Source: Trueperaceae bacterium (GTDB lineage: Bacteria > Deinococcota > Deinococci > Deinococcales > Trueperaceae). From it: 64,000 nt of DNA. Positions 21,240 through 30,474 of this stretch are shown piece by piece (positions within the stretch are counted from its first letter, which is position 1; each line of letters begins with the position of its first letter). The notes below the pieces were generated by a model, which saw only the letters and a program-made list of their open reading frames with translations, did no database searches and was not told the origin of the DNA. Location: the NCBI GenBank assembly GCA_965213925.1, contig OZ243927.1:3136001-3200000 (forward strand), read 5' to 3'. The position numbers and the translations under genes were made by a program.

Positions 21240-21668
21240 GTCGGCGGCGGCGTTTGCACCGTACTCACAGGCTACATCTCCGACCGCTACGTCCGCAAAG
21301 AAGTACTTTTAGTCTGCGGCTACGCGCTCAACACGATGTTTACCTTTGGCTACCTCTTCGTGGACTCGGCGGGCGACTTGCTCTTGGTCCAAGTCGGGTT
21401 GGGTATCGCCTCCGCACTCGCAACGCCTACCTGGGACGCGCTCTACGCCGAAGGCGACACCGAGACGAGCGGCGGACTCCGTTGGGGCTTAGCGGGCGGG
21501 CAAGCCGAGATTCTCACGGGCGTCGCTATCCTGTTGGGCGGGCTTATCGTCACGCACGTTTCGTTCACGGCACTTTTCATCACAATGGGCACCCTGCAAG
21601 CAGTCGCGACGCTCTACCAGGCGCAGATTTTAAGGCCGAACTATGAGCGCGTTTCACTGAGTCGGTAA
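21240..21668 (+). pseudogene. 5'-truncated MFS-type membrane protein
   Basis: The frame upstream of the tracked ATG (21336) reads GVCTVLTGYISDRYVRKEVLL (MFS motif-A-like) but has no proper start before the junction with the TPR fragment. Confidence 0.55.
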
Positions 21669-21719
21669 CTCGGCGTAGGGTTGTAGAGGTTTGGCAGATT
21701 GAGTTGAAGAATTTGTACG

Positions 21720-21833
21720 AACCAGCAAGAGGTCTGCGTTGCCAATAAGCAGACCTCTTGCTCCAGGTTGGGGCTAGGGGCCTGTACCCCTGTATCCTCA
21801 GCATCCGCATCCTCAACATCCGCGCCCCTCCCC
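21720..21833 (-). ncRNA. Candidate small RNA with repeated GGA motifs
   Basis: Minus-strand TTGACA (21867-21862), 16 bp, CATGCT; closing stem GGGGAGGGGC/GCCCCTAGCCCC; duplicated GCGGATGYTGAGGAT; 14-bp 3' hairpin. Confidence 0.4.
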
Positions 21834-21922
21834 ATAAAAAGCATGTACAATACGGATACATTGTCAAGTTTAAGTGCAGATGCGGCCCTTACCCACACAT
21901 TTTGCCGCAGAAAGGACGCTTT

Positions 21923-23506
21923 ATGTTGAGTCTCGCTTCGTTCGTCCAGGAACATGCCCTTCGCACGCCCGAGCGCACCGCTATACGCATGGGGGAGAAA
22001 TCCTACACTTACGCGCAGCTTAACGCGATGGCGAACGCCGTAGCTAACTACGTGGTCGAGCAGGGACTAGGGCCCGGCGACCACGTCGCGCTCTCCTGCC
22101 CGAACCTCCCTTACTTTCCGGTGGTCTACTACGGCATCCTCAAAGCGGGCTGCGTCGTCGTGCCGCTCAATGTCCTCCTTAAAGCGCCCGAAATCGAGTA
22201 TCACTTAAACGACTCGAACGCGAAAGCCTACTTTGTGTTCGAAGGCACCGACGAGTTGCCGATGGCGAAAGCGGGCGCAGCAGCCTTTGAGAAGGTGGAC
22301 GCCTGCAAACACCTCGTCGTGATGACCGCCGACCCCGCCGCGCCGAGTCCAATCGAGGACACCACCACACTCGGGCAGATTCTGAATTCGCAGTCTAAAG
22401 GGTTCGAACTCGTGCCCCGGCAAGCCACGGATACCGCCGTCATCCTCTACACCAGCGGCACGACCGGGCGACCCAAAGGCGCGGAGCTGAGCCAGCTCAA
22501 CATGGCGCTCAACGCGATGATCTCGGTTGACCTCATCGGCGGCAAAGGCGTCGCGAAAGACCACGTCTTCATGATGGTCCTGCCGCTCTTCCACTCCTTC
22601 GGGCAGACCTGCGGCATGAACGCCATGTTCTACGCGGGCGGGCAGATCACTATGCTGCCGCGCTTTGACGCGGCGGGCGCATTGGGGACGATGCAGGCGC
22701 ACGACGTGACCGTCTTCGCAGGCGTGCCGACGATGTACTGGGGACTCTTAGGCGAAGCGAAAGGTCTCTCGGACGACGCTAAGGACAAGCTGAGGTCCTC
22801 CTTGCAGTATTGCATGAGCGGCGGCTCGGCTTTGGCCGTTGAACTCTTGGGCAACTTCGAGGACGCTTTTCAAGTGCCGATTATGGAAGGCTACGGGCTC
22901 TCCGAGACGAGCCCCGTAGCAAGCTTTAACCACGCCGACCGGGAGCGCAAGCCGGGCACGGTAGGTCAAGCGATCTTCGGTGTAGAGATCAAAGTCGTGG
23001 ATGAGGACGACCAAGAGGTTCCCGCTGGCGAGTCGGGTGAAATTATCATCCGCGGTCATAACGTGATGAAAGGCTATCTTGACCGTCCCGAAGAGACCGA
23101 AGAGGCGCTGCGCGGCGGCTGGTTCCACACGGGCGACGTAGGCGTCATGGACGAAGACGGTTACGTCTCCATCGTAGACCGCATCAAGGACATGATCGTG
23201 AGAGGCGGCTACAACGTCTACCCGAGGGAGGTCGAAGAGGTCTTGATGACCCACGACGCCGTCTCGCTCGCCGCCGTGATCGGCATTCCGAGCGAAGAAC
23301 ACGGCGAAGAGATTGCGGCGTATGTGGTGTTGGAGGATGACGCGCAAGCCTCAGAGGACGAAATCGTCGCGTGGAGCAAGGAGCAGATGGCGGCGTACAA
23401 GTATCCGCGCGAGGTCAACTTCGTGGAGAGCTTGCCGATGAACGCGACGGGGAAGATTTTGCGGCGCGAACTCCGGGAAGAGGCGAAGGAAGAGGTCTCG
23501 GCGTAA
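21923..23506 (+). CDS. Long-chain fatty acid--CoA ligase
   Basis: YTSGTTGRPKG, EGYGLSETSP, WFHTGD, RIKDMIVRGGYNVYPREVEE, ATGKILRR; start moved to ATG 21923 behind the RBS GAAAGGA. Confidence 0.93.
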   Translation: MLSLASFVQEHALRTPERTAIRMGEKSYTYAQLNAMANAVANYVVEQGLGPGDHVALSCPNLPYFPVVYYGILKAGCVVVPLNVLLKAPEIEYHLNDSNAKAYFVFEGTDELPMAKAGAAAFEKVDACKHLVVMTADPAAPSPIEDTTTLGQILNSQSKGFELVPRQATDTAVILYTSGTTGRPKGAELSQLNMALNAMISVDLIGGKGVAKDHVFMMVLPLFHSFGQTCGMNAMFYAGGQITMLPRFDAAGALGTMQAHDVTVFAGVPTMYWGLLGEAKGLSDDAKDKLRSSLQYCMSGGSALAVELLGNFEDAFQVPIMEGYGLSETSPVASFNHADRERKPGTVGQAIFGVEIKVVDEDDQEVPAGESGEIIIRGHNVMKGYLDRPEETEEALRGGWFHTGDVGVMDEDGYVSIVDRIKDMIVRGGYNVYPREVEEVLMTHDAVSLAAVIGIPSEEHGEEIAAYVVLEDDAQASEDEIVAWSKEQMAAYKYPREVNFVESLPMNATGKILRRELREEAKEEVSA

Positions 23507-23525
23507 AGAGGTTAGAATGACAATT

Positions 23526-23579
23526 ATGAAGTGGAGAGACTTTGCCATGTAAGACCACTAGGAGGGGTCATACATGGCA
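23526..23579 (+). promoter_or_regulatory. Leader uORF (MKWRDFAM*) and start-codon-sequestering hairpin
   Basis: TAGAAT at 23513-23518; uORF 23526-23552; stem TGCCATGTA-A-GACC / GGTC-A-TACATGGCA contains the uORF stop and the downstream ATG. Confidence 0.45.
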
Positions 23580-23942
23580 GGAAGAATTTACAAGAAACAT
23601 CAGAAGCGGCGGCAGGCAGCTTTACGCAACTACCGCCGCTATACGCTTCACTTCGACTCTGTCTATAGCTTAGAGAGGTTTGAGCCCTACCGAACACAGC
23701 AAGATCTATGGAAAGCGCAAGAGCGTAAGCGTTTCAAGGGCGTGCTCGAGTACCAGAAGCTCCTTCACCGCAATCAGACCACATATAGACGTGGCGTCAA
23801 GCACTACAAACGCAAATATCACAAAATACGCCGAAGACAAAGCCAAGCACTCTGCTACTACGCTTTTCACGAAGACGAAGCCGAGTTCGATAAGATTGTA
23901 CCTGAAGACTTCCGAGGCGCAATTAGCTGTGACATTTGGTGA
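23574..23942 (+). CDS. Hypothetical highly basic (Lys/Arg/Tyr-rich) protein
   Basis: 122-aa ORF with a GGAGG RBS and a hairpin downstream. Confidence 0.65.
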   Translation: MAGRIYKKHQKRRQAALRNYRRYTLHFDSVYSLERFEPYRTQQDLWKAQERKRFKGVLEYQKLLHRNQTTYRRGVKHYKRKYHKIRRRQSQALCYYAFHEDEAEFDKIVPEDFRGAISCDIW

Positions 23943-23989
23943 TCTGAACGGATGGTTTGCAAGCGGTCAAGCCTTGAGCCTATAACCTT

Positions 23990-24034
23990 AGAGACCCAGC
24001 CCAGCGTACAAAACGCATCGAGGGCTGGGTCTCT
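23990..24034 (+). terminator. Hairpin after the basic-protein gene
   Basis: 13-bp stem AGAGACCCAGCCC / GGGCTGGGTCTCT. Confidence 0.5.
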
Positions 24035-24096
24035 GCTACTCTAAATACAAAGCTAAATCCGCTAACGAAATCCCCATTCAATAAAGGAGCCAATTC

Positions 24097-25266
24097 ATGA
24101 GAGACGCTGTTATCGTCACCGCCATCCGCACCCCCGTCGGACGCGCCAAAAAAGGAAACCTGAGAGACACCCGCCCGGATGACTTGGCAGGCTTCATCAT
24201 TCGCGAAGCAGTGGAGCGCACGCCGGGTTTAGACGTGAGCCGCGTCAACGACGTACTGCTGGGCAACGCCCACCCCGAGGGCGAAGCGGGCTACAACATG
24301 GCGCGCATCGCCGCGCAAATTGCCGACCTACCCGAGAGCGTCGCGGGCGCGACCATCAACCGCTTTTGCGCGTCGGGGCTTCAAACGATGGTGCAAGGCG
24401 CACACGCGGTCATGCTCGGCATGTCGGACGTGGTCTTAGCGGGCGGGAGCGACTGCACCAGCCGCGTGCCGATGGGCGGGCACAACATGGCGATTAACAA
24501 GTCGCTCTATAGGCGCAACCCCGGCGCGTACCATACGATGGGGCAAACCGCCGAGGCGGTGGCGCGCAAGTTCGGCATCACCCGCGAGGAGCAGGACCGC
24601 TTCGCGCTCCGCAGCCATCAGAGGGCGGTGGCGGCGCAGGAGGCGTGTAAGTTCGACGGACATGTCATCCCCGTGCCGACGCGCGTCAAGGATGAAGAGG
24701 GTTGGCACGACGTAACGGTCTCGAAAGACGAAGGTCCGCGTGCGAATACGAGTATGGAGACACTCGCCTCACTCAAAACCGTTTTTGCCGACGACGAACA
24801 GGCGACAGTGACGGCGGGGAACTCGAGCCCCATGAACGACGGCGCAGCCATTACCCTCATCATGAGCGAGGAAGAAGCCAAAGCGCAAGGGTTCACCCCG
24901 CTCGCCAAGTTCGTTCAGGCCGCCGCCGTCGGCGTGCCGCCCGAAATCATGGGCGTCGGTCCGGTGCCCGCGATTCGCAGCCTGTTGGAGAAAACGGGCA
25001 TGACGGTTGACGACATTGACCTTATCGAAATTAACGAGGCCTTCGCCAGCCAGTGTTACTACGCCCAACAAGAACTCGGCATCCCCGACGAGAAGCTCAA
25101 CGTTAATGGCGGCGCGATCGCCATCGGTCATCCTTTAGGCGCGACGGGCGCGCGTATCGCTTCAGACCTCTTCGCGGAGATGAAGCGCCGTGACGCGGAG
25201 TACGGCATCGTCTCGATGTGCGTCGGCGGTGGTCAGGGCATGGCGGGGCTCTTCAGGCGCGTTTAA
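24097..25266 (+). CDS. Acetyl-CoA acyltransferase (thiolase)
   Basis: NRFCASG, NEAF, GHPLGATG and CVGGG catalytic motifs. Confidence 0.95.
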   Translation: MRDAVIVTAIRTPVGRAKKGNLRDTRPDDLAGFIIREAVERTPGLDVSRVNDVLLGNAHPEGEAGYNMARIAAQIADLPESVAGATINRFCASGLQTMVQGAHAVMLGMSDVVLAGGSDCTSRVPMGGHNMAINKSLYRRNPGAYHTMGQTAEAVARKFGITREEQDRFALRSHQRAVAAQEACKFDGHVIPVPTRVKDEEGWHDVTVSKDEGPRANTSMETLASLKTVFADDEQATVTAGNSSPMNDGAAITLIMSEEEAKAQGFTPLAKFVQAAAVGVPPEIMGVGPVPAIRSLLEKTGMTVDDIDLIEINEAFASQCYYAQQELGIPDEKLNVNGGAIAIGHPLGATGARIASDLFAEMKRRDAEYGIVSMCVGGGQGMAGLFRRV

Positions 25267-25314
25267 TCCCGAACAGCGGGCAAAATAGACCCGTACAGAC
25301 GGCACCGCTAATTC

Positions 25315-25343
25315 GTAGGGGCGGGTTTGAAACCCGCCCCTAC
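25315..25343. repeat. GTAG-type REP-like palindrome between convergent genes
   Basis: GTAGGGGCGGGTTTGAAACCCGCCCCTAC; a degenerate second unit lies at about 25379-25415. Confidence 0.65.
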
Positions 25344-25424
25344 CACGCCAATAAACTCCCTGTAACGATGATCGGCTTTGTAGCGCCGCAAATTACGCCA
25401 TCAGTCGCCCCTACACCGCGCCGC

Positions 25425-27479
25425 CTAGTCCGTAGCGGCGACTGTTTCCCGTCCCAAATTGCGCCGCAGGAGCGCCCCTACGTCGGGGTCGCGCCCCATG
25501 AATTCGCGGAACAGCTCGTCCGCGTCGGCACTGTCGCCGCGTGAGAGGATGGCGTCTACATAGTCGCGCCCCGTCTCGCGGCTAAAGATACCCTCGTTTT
25601 GAAAGCGACTAAAAGCGTCCGCGTCTAGGACCTCCGACCACTTGTAGGAGTAGTAGCCCGCCGCGTAGCTGCCCGTGAAGACGTGGGTAAAGCCCGTCAG
25701 GAAGGAGTTGTGTGCGAACTCGGGCTTGATGCTAAAAGGCTCCATCACCCTCTGACCGAACGAGATAGCGTCACCGTGGGCCTCGGGGTCGTAGTCGATA
25801 TGGAGCGACAAATCCACCGTACCGAACGAGAGTTGGCGCATCTGCATGTTCGCCGCCATAAAAGTCTTAGCGGCTTGCATCTTCCGGAACAGCTCGTCGG
25901 GCAGAGGCTCGTCCGTCTCGTAGTGTCTGGCGAAGAGGTCTAGTGCGCCCCTCTCCCAAGTCCAGTTCTCCATGATCTGCGAGGGAAGTTCGACCCAGTC
26001 GCGGGGAACGTTGGTGCCTGCGCGGGCGGGGATTTCGACCCTCGACAAGCAGTGGTGCAGCAGGTGCCCGAACTCGTGAAACGTCGTCTCGACCTCTCTA
26101 TGGGTCAGCAGCGCGGGCTTGCCCTCTTGCGGCGGCGAGAAGTTGCCGACCATGAGCCCCAAGTGCGGCTCGAATTCCCCGTCCCCCTCTTCGTTATTTG
26201 CGCGTCGCGGTCCCCCCGTAATAAACGAGTTCATCCACGCGCCGCCATTTTTCGACTCGCGCGGGAACCAGTCGGCGTAAAAGGAGCCTAAGTGCGTGCC
26301 GTTCTCGCCGTGAATATCGTAAAACTTAACCTCGGGGTGCCAGACCTCGTCGATGTCGCGCTCCGTAACGCTGATGCCGAAAATTCGCCCAGCAATCTCG
26401 AAAAGCCCCTGGAGCACGCGGTTGACCGGGAAGTAGGGGCGGAGCGCCTCCGCGTCTAGGTCGTACTTCGACTGGCGGAGCTTCTCTGAAACATACGAGG
26501 TATCCCAAGGTTGCAAGTTGTCTATGTCTAGCGTGCGGGCGAACTCGGTGAGTTCTTTCACCTCTTCGCGCCAGAAGGGTTCAGTTTTCTCGAACAGTTC
26601 GCGCTCGAAGTCGACAGCGGCGTCACCCGTTTTGACCATATTGACCTCTAGGCGGTAGTCCGCGAAGTCTTTATAGCCCATGAGTTGGGCTAGCTCGCGG
26701 CGTAGCTTGAGGATTTGCTCGAGCAGCGCCCTGTTATCCGTCTCCCCTTCAGAGGCGCGGCTCACATAAGCGCTCTGAAGTTTCTGGCGGAGTTCGCGGT
26801 TGTCGGCGTACTGCAAAAAAGGCACCAGCGAGGGCGCTTGCAGCGTGAAGCGGTAGCCCTCTAGTCCTTTCGCCTCCGCACTCGCTCTGGCTTGCCGCAG
26901 GGCGGAGTCAGGCAGGCCCGACAGCTCCGCTTCGTCCGTGACGACAAGTTCAAAGGCGTTGGTCGCGTCTAGGACGTTCTCGGCGAACTTGGTATGGAGC
27001 TGTGAGAGTTCGATTTTGATGGCTTCCGCCCTAGACTTTTCGTCCGTAGGCAAATCCGCGCCCGCGCGCACGAAGCTCTGCACGAGCTTGTCCAGGTGGC
27101 GCTTGCGGATGCCCGTCAAGGCTTTCGCCTCGGACGTTTCGCTGTACTCCTTAATGGCTCGCCACAATGCGTCGTTGAGGGGTAACTTGGCGTAAAAGGC
27201 GGAGAACTCGGGCAGGACGGCGTTATACGCGGTGCGCAACTCGGGGCTGCTCACGACGGAGGTGAGGTGATACGCGAGACCGACCGCGCGGTCTAGGCGC
27301 TCCTCTAAGGTGTCGAGTGCCTGGATGGTGTTTTCATAGGTGCGCACGCCGGGAAAAGCCGTCAGCGCGTCCAAATCCTTCTGCGCTTGGGTCAGCGCCT
27401 CTCGGACGCCGGGCTCGATGTGTTCGGGTTTAATTTTGTCGAAGGGGATGCGAAAGTCTCGAGATAACAGCGGGTTCAT
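25425..27479 (-). CDS. M3A oligopeptidase (oligopeptidase A / PrlC-like)
   Basis: HEFGH zinc motif, DWVELPSQIMEN, YAAGYYSYKWSEVLDADAF. Confidence 0.93.
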   Translation of the reverse strand: MNPLLSRDFRIPFDKIKPEHIEPGVREALTQAQKDLDALTAFPGVRTYENTIQALDTLEERLDRAVGLAYHLTSVVSSPELRTAYNAVLPEFSAFYAKLPLNDALWRAIKEYSETSEAKALTGIRKRHLDKLVQSFVRAGADLPTDEKSRAEAIKIELSQLHTKFAENVLDATNAFELVVTDEAELSGLPDSALRQARASAEAKGLEGYRFTLQAPSLVPFLQYADNRELRQKLQSAYVSRASEGETDNRALLEQILKLRRELAQLMGYKDFADYRLEVNMVKTGDAAVDFERELFEKTEPFWREEVKELTEFARTLDIDNLQPWDTSYVSEKLRQSKYDLDAEALRPYFPVNRVLQGLFEIAGRIFGISVTERDIDEVWHPEVKFYDIHGENGTHLGSFYADWFPRESKNGGAWMNSFITGGPRRANNEEGDGEFEPHLGLMVGNFSPPQEGKPALLTHREVETTFHEFGHLLHHCLSRVEIPARAGTNVPRDWVELPSQIMENWTWERGALDLFARHYETDEPLPDELFRKMQAAKTFMAANMQMRQLSFGTVDLSLHIDYDPEAHGDAISFGQRVMEPFSIKPEFAHNSFLTGFTHVFTGSYAAGYYSYKWSEVLDADAFSRFQNEGIFSRETGRDYVDAILSRGDSADADELFREFMGRDPDVGALLRRNLGRETVAATD

Positions 27480-27687
27480 AAAAGTACTCCTCTAATCACT
27501 CCAGTCTATCACGCAACGTAGGCAGTCCTGTGAGCCGGGCGCAAGAATTTGTCCTCGATTTCGCATCCGCTCGAGGAAAGAAGTAAACTAGTCAGACCGT
27601 TTTGCGCAACGTTGTTTCTGCAATACCGTCACGGTAGCGACTCGCCGCACCTACTCGTAAGCTCGCGTTCAATCACGAGGAGACCAT

Positions 27688-27924
27688 ATGGATATCAAAG
27701 AGGTTAGAAAGAGACACGCCGACGAATTGATGGTACTGCCCAATGTAACAGGTGTCGGCGTCGGAGAGCGGGATGGGATACAAGTCATCAAGGTCTTCGT
27801 GGTGCGCAAGCTGCCTTTAGAGGCACTTTCAGCGTCAGAACGTGTGCCGCGTGAGGTAGAGGGTGTCCCTTGTGACGTCGAAGAGATAGGCGTCGTGAGC
27901 GCGCACAGCGCAGAGGCGTCATGA
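27688..27924 (+). CDS. Small protein homologous to the N-terminal domain of the downstream protease
   Basis: GAGGAG RBS; NVTGVGVG..IKVFVVRK..VPREVEGVPCDVEEIG; ATGA overlap with the next gene. Confidence 0.75.
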   Translation: MDIKEVRKRHADELMVLPNVTGVGVGERDGIQVIKVFVVRKLPLEALSASERVPREVEGVPCDVEEIGVVSAHSAEAS

Positions 27925-28976
27925 GCATCGACGCCAAAAAGCTCACCCTGTCCGCCAAAGCGCTCCGCGAGGTCAGAAAAGCGGGGCAAGAGGCGCGCCC
28001 TGAATTTATGGGCAGCAGAGCGCTCGCCAACGTCGTCGGCATGGGCGTCGGGGTGAAGTGGCGCGGCGGAGCGCCGACGGGCGACCCTGCCTTAGTGGTG
28101 TTAGTGACGCAGAAGTTGGACAAAAGCGCCCTCAGTAAAACCGACCTCATACCCAGTGAGCTTTCGGGAATGCAGACCGACGTGCTCGCTATCGGCTTTC
28201 CCTTCGCGTACCCTTTCGCTAGGGGGGTCTTCCCCGCACCCGTCACCCAAGAACTCGCGATGCGCGTACGCCCTGCCAAAGGCGGCTACAGCATCAGCCA
28301 TCCCGAGGTGTCTGCGGGAACCCTCGGCACGTGCGTCTACGACATCTTGCCGGAGGGAACCGTCACGCCGCCGCAGCCCGGCGTAGGCATCCCTAACCGC
28401 TATTACCTCCTAAGCAACAACCACGTGATTGCCAACAGCAACGCCGCCTCCATCGGCGACCCTATCTTGCAACCCGGCACCGCAGACGGCGGCACCGACC
28501 CAGCGGACCGCATCGCCAACTTGTCGCGCTTCATCCCGATCCGCCTGAGCCCACCCGTGCCCTTAGAGGAGCACAACAACCTCGTCGACGCCGCCATCGC
28601 CGAAGGTCCCTTCGACCTCCTGAACCGCGAGATTTACTGGTCGGGCTACGTGCGCGGCTGGCGGCGCAAAGAGGACGTCACGGTAGGGACTGTCGTGCAG
28701 AAGACGGGGCGCACCACCCGCTACACGACCGGGCGCATCACCGTGATTGACGCTTCGGTGGACGTGAACTACGGCGGCGGCACCGTGGCACGGTTCGTAG
28801 ACCAGATCATCACCACGAACATGTCGGCGGGCGGCGACTCGGGCTCGCTCGTGACGACGCTGGACAACGTCGCGGTGGGGCTTCTCTTCGCGGGCTCGGA
28901 GGTGGCGATGATCGCGAACCAGATCGAGAACGTAAGGGCGCTTTTACGAGTGGAGGTGGCGGAGGAGATTCTGTAG
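27921..28976 (+). CDS. NAL1-like trypsin-fold serine protease
   Basis: Triad motifs LSNNHV, VDAAIA, GGDSGS; VQKTGRTT; no signal peptide. Confidence 0.8.
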   Translation: MSIDAKKLTLSAKALREVRKAGQEARPEFMGSRALANVVGMGVGVKWRGGAPTGDPALVVLVTQKLDKSALSKTDLIPSELSGMQTDVLAIGFPFAYPFARGVFPAPVTQELAMRVRPAKGGYSISHPEVSAGTLGTCVYDILPEGTVTPPQPGVGIPNRYYLLSNNHVIANSNAASIGDPILQPGTADGGTDPADRIANLSRFIPIRLSPPVPLEEHNNLVDAAIAEGPFDLLNREIYWSGYVRGWRRKEDVTVGTVVQKTGRTTRYTTGRITVIDASVDVNYGGGTVARFVDQIITTNMSAGGDSGSLVTTLDNVAVGLLFAGSEVAMIANQIENVRALLRVEVAEEIL

Positions 28977-29012
28977 TAAGAGGTAACGAATCTTGCGCCA
29001 CTCCGAATCGAT

Positions 29013-29261
29013 ATGGCAAGCAATGCTAAGGAAATCAGCGTCGTAATCGCCAGCGATGTTCTCCACCGAGATGGCATCGGTGTTGAGATATATCTCGGCG
29101 AAGAACTGGTTTTAGAAATTTTTCGCGACGACACGAAGAGAGCCCGTGAAGTCACGCTCTATAGACGCGATTTACCCCTCGAGCTAGTGGAGGAGTCGAT
29201 TGCGATATTCAAGAGAGAAATACCGTGGGACTTTATAGACGACGCTCCGAGCCAGAGCTAA
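29013..29261 (+). CDS. Hypothetical small acidic protein
   Basis: 82-aa ORF, co-oriented 36 bp after the protease gene. Confidence 0.55.
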   Translation: MASNAKEISVVIASDVLHRDGIGVEIYLGEELVLEIFRDDTKRAREVTLYRRDLPLELVEESIAIFKREIPWDFIDDAPSQS

Positions 29262-29289
29262 ATAGACCGAAAGCGGCGACTGCAGCGGC

Positions 29290-29637
29290 TCACGCCGCGT
29301 GCTGCGTCGCCGCTAAGACCGCGTAGTAGATGCTCTTAGCCGGGATGAGGTAGAGCGCCCCGCGTTCGTCCTTCTCATCGCCGACGTGAATAGCTTGGTC
29401 CCGCGCGAGCAAGGACTCGAGTTCTGTTAGCGCTGAGCGCGCCTCGTCATGCGTTTCGTACGAACCGTACACGAGCCGCGTCGCGGCGGGCGCGTTAAAC
29501 ACGTGCGATTGTGCTCCCGGTTTCTCGCTGCGGTCGCTCAGATAGTCTATCTCTTCCCCTTGCTTCGCCTGCGGACCCGGCACATTGAGCCATAAGACGA
29601 TGCTGTACGCCGCTTTCGCCATGCGGACCTCTTTCAT
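29290..29637 (-). CDS. Hypothetical protein
   Basis: 115-aa ORF; the true start may be the internal MAKAA behind GAGGT. Confidence 0.55.
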   Translation of the reverse strand: MKEVRMAKAAYSIVLWLNVPGPQAKQGEEIDYLSDRSEKPGAQSHVFNAPAATRLVYGSYETHDEARSALTELESLLARDQAIHVGDEKDERGALYLIPAKSIYYAVLAATQHAA

Positions 29638-29709
29638 TTTAGATAGTCGTTTTTGAGGGTTACAACAAGGGGCCGCAACCCCTTGTCAAGATGTCAGCGT
29701 CGTCGCGGC

Positions 29710-30372
29710 TCAGCCCGACTTGCGCTCCGCGTAGCTTTCGGCGGGCGGGTCTTGAATCATGTCGGCGTTCTTCTTGCCCGTCTTCGGTCCCGACGCGGAG
29801 GGCTCGCCCGAACGCAGTCCGGCCTGCAAGGACTCGAAGACGCGCTCCAGTTCCACCTCTTCGACCTCGTCACCGTTCTCCCGCGCCCGCGCGATCTGCT
29901 CCTTGACGCGGCGCATCTCGGAGCGCATCTCTAGGTAGCTCCGGTTGTTCTCCTCTTCGCCCACGCTGCCCGACTTACCGTAAAAGGTCTTTGAGTCCAT
30001 AAAGGCGAGGAAGTGGATGTCGGGAATATCGTCCTCGTCCACGGTGCGCACCAAGATATCCTGATGCTCTTGATTGCTCGCGCTCTGAACATCTTCACCG
30101 GACAACTCAGCGACAAGCGCGTCAAGGCTAAAGGTGTCGTCGCTCATCTCCCCGTTGAGACCGGTCAGGGTCCCCTGCTCGAGCGGGTCCCCCGCCTCCC
30201 CGATCGCGTCTGAAACGCTCTCGTAGATGCTCGTAATCCTATCCCTATACGCCGCTTGGATCGTCTCTATATCCCGCTGCAACGTCTCCGCTTCTAAGCG
30301 CGGTTTTAGGAGCGTGTCGTCCCGGACGAGCTGACTGAATTTGACGTGCGTGCCTTCATTCGATGTTGCCAT
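29710..30372 (-). CDS. Hypothetical acidic protein with a coiled-coil-like C-terminus
   Basis: ORF with host-like codons; start set at ATG 30372 behind AAGGGG. Confidence 0.6.
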   Translation of the reverse strand: MATSNEGTHVKFSQLVRDDTLLKPRLEAETLQRDIETIQAAYRDRITSIYESVSDAIGEAGDPLEQGTLTGLNGEMSDDTFSLDALVAELSGEDVQSASNQEHQDILVRTVDEDDIPDIHFLAFMDSKTFYGKSGSVGEEENNRSYLEMRSEMRRVKEQIARARENGDEVEEVELERVFESLQAGLRSGEPSASGPKTGKKNADMIQDPPAESYAERKSG

Positions 30373-30474
30373 GCGTTTCACCCCTTTTGTCCTAGCCTAC
30401 GTGCTGAGGTGGCGGGGTGACTGTAAGGCATGGAGAAGTAGGAAGAGTGAAGGAAGAGGTGTGAAACGGAGAGG

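Noticed and set aside
21758..21922. N-terminal extensions in the ORF track for the CoA ligase (also 36850 and 63517 starts)
   Set aside because: Better starts with an RBS or leaderless -10 exist downstream, and the extensions do not look protein-like.
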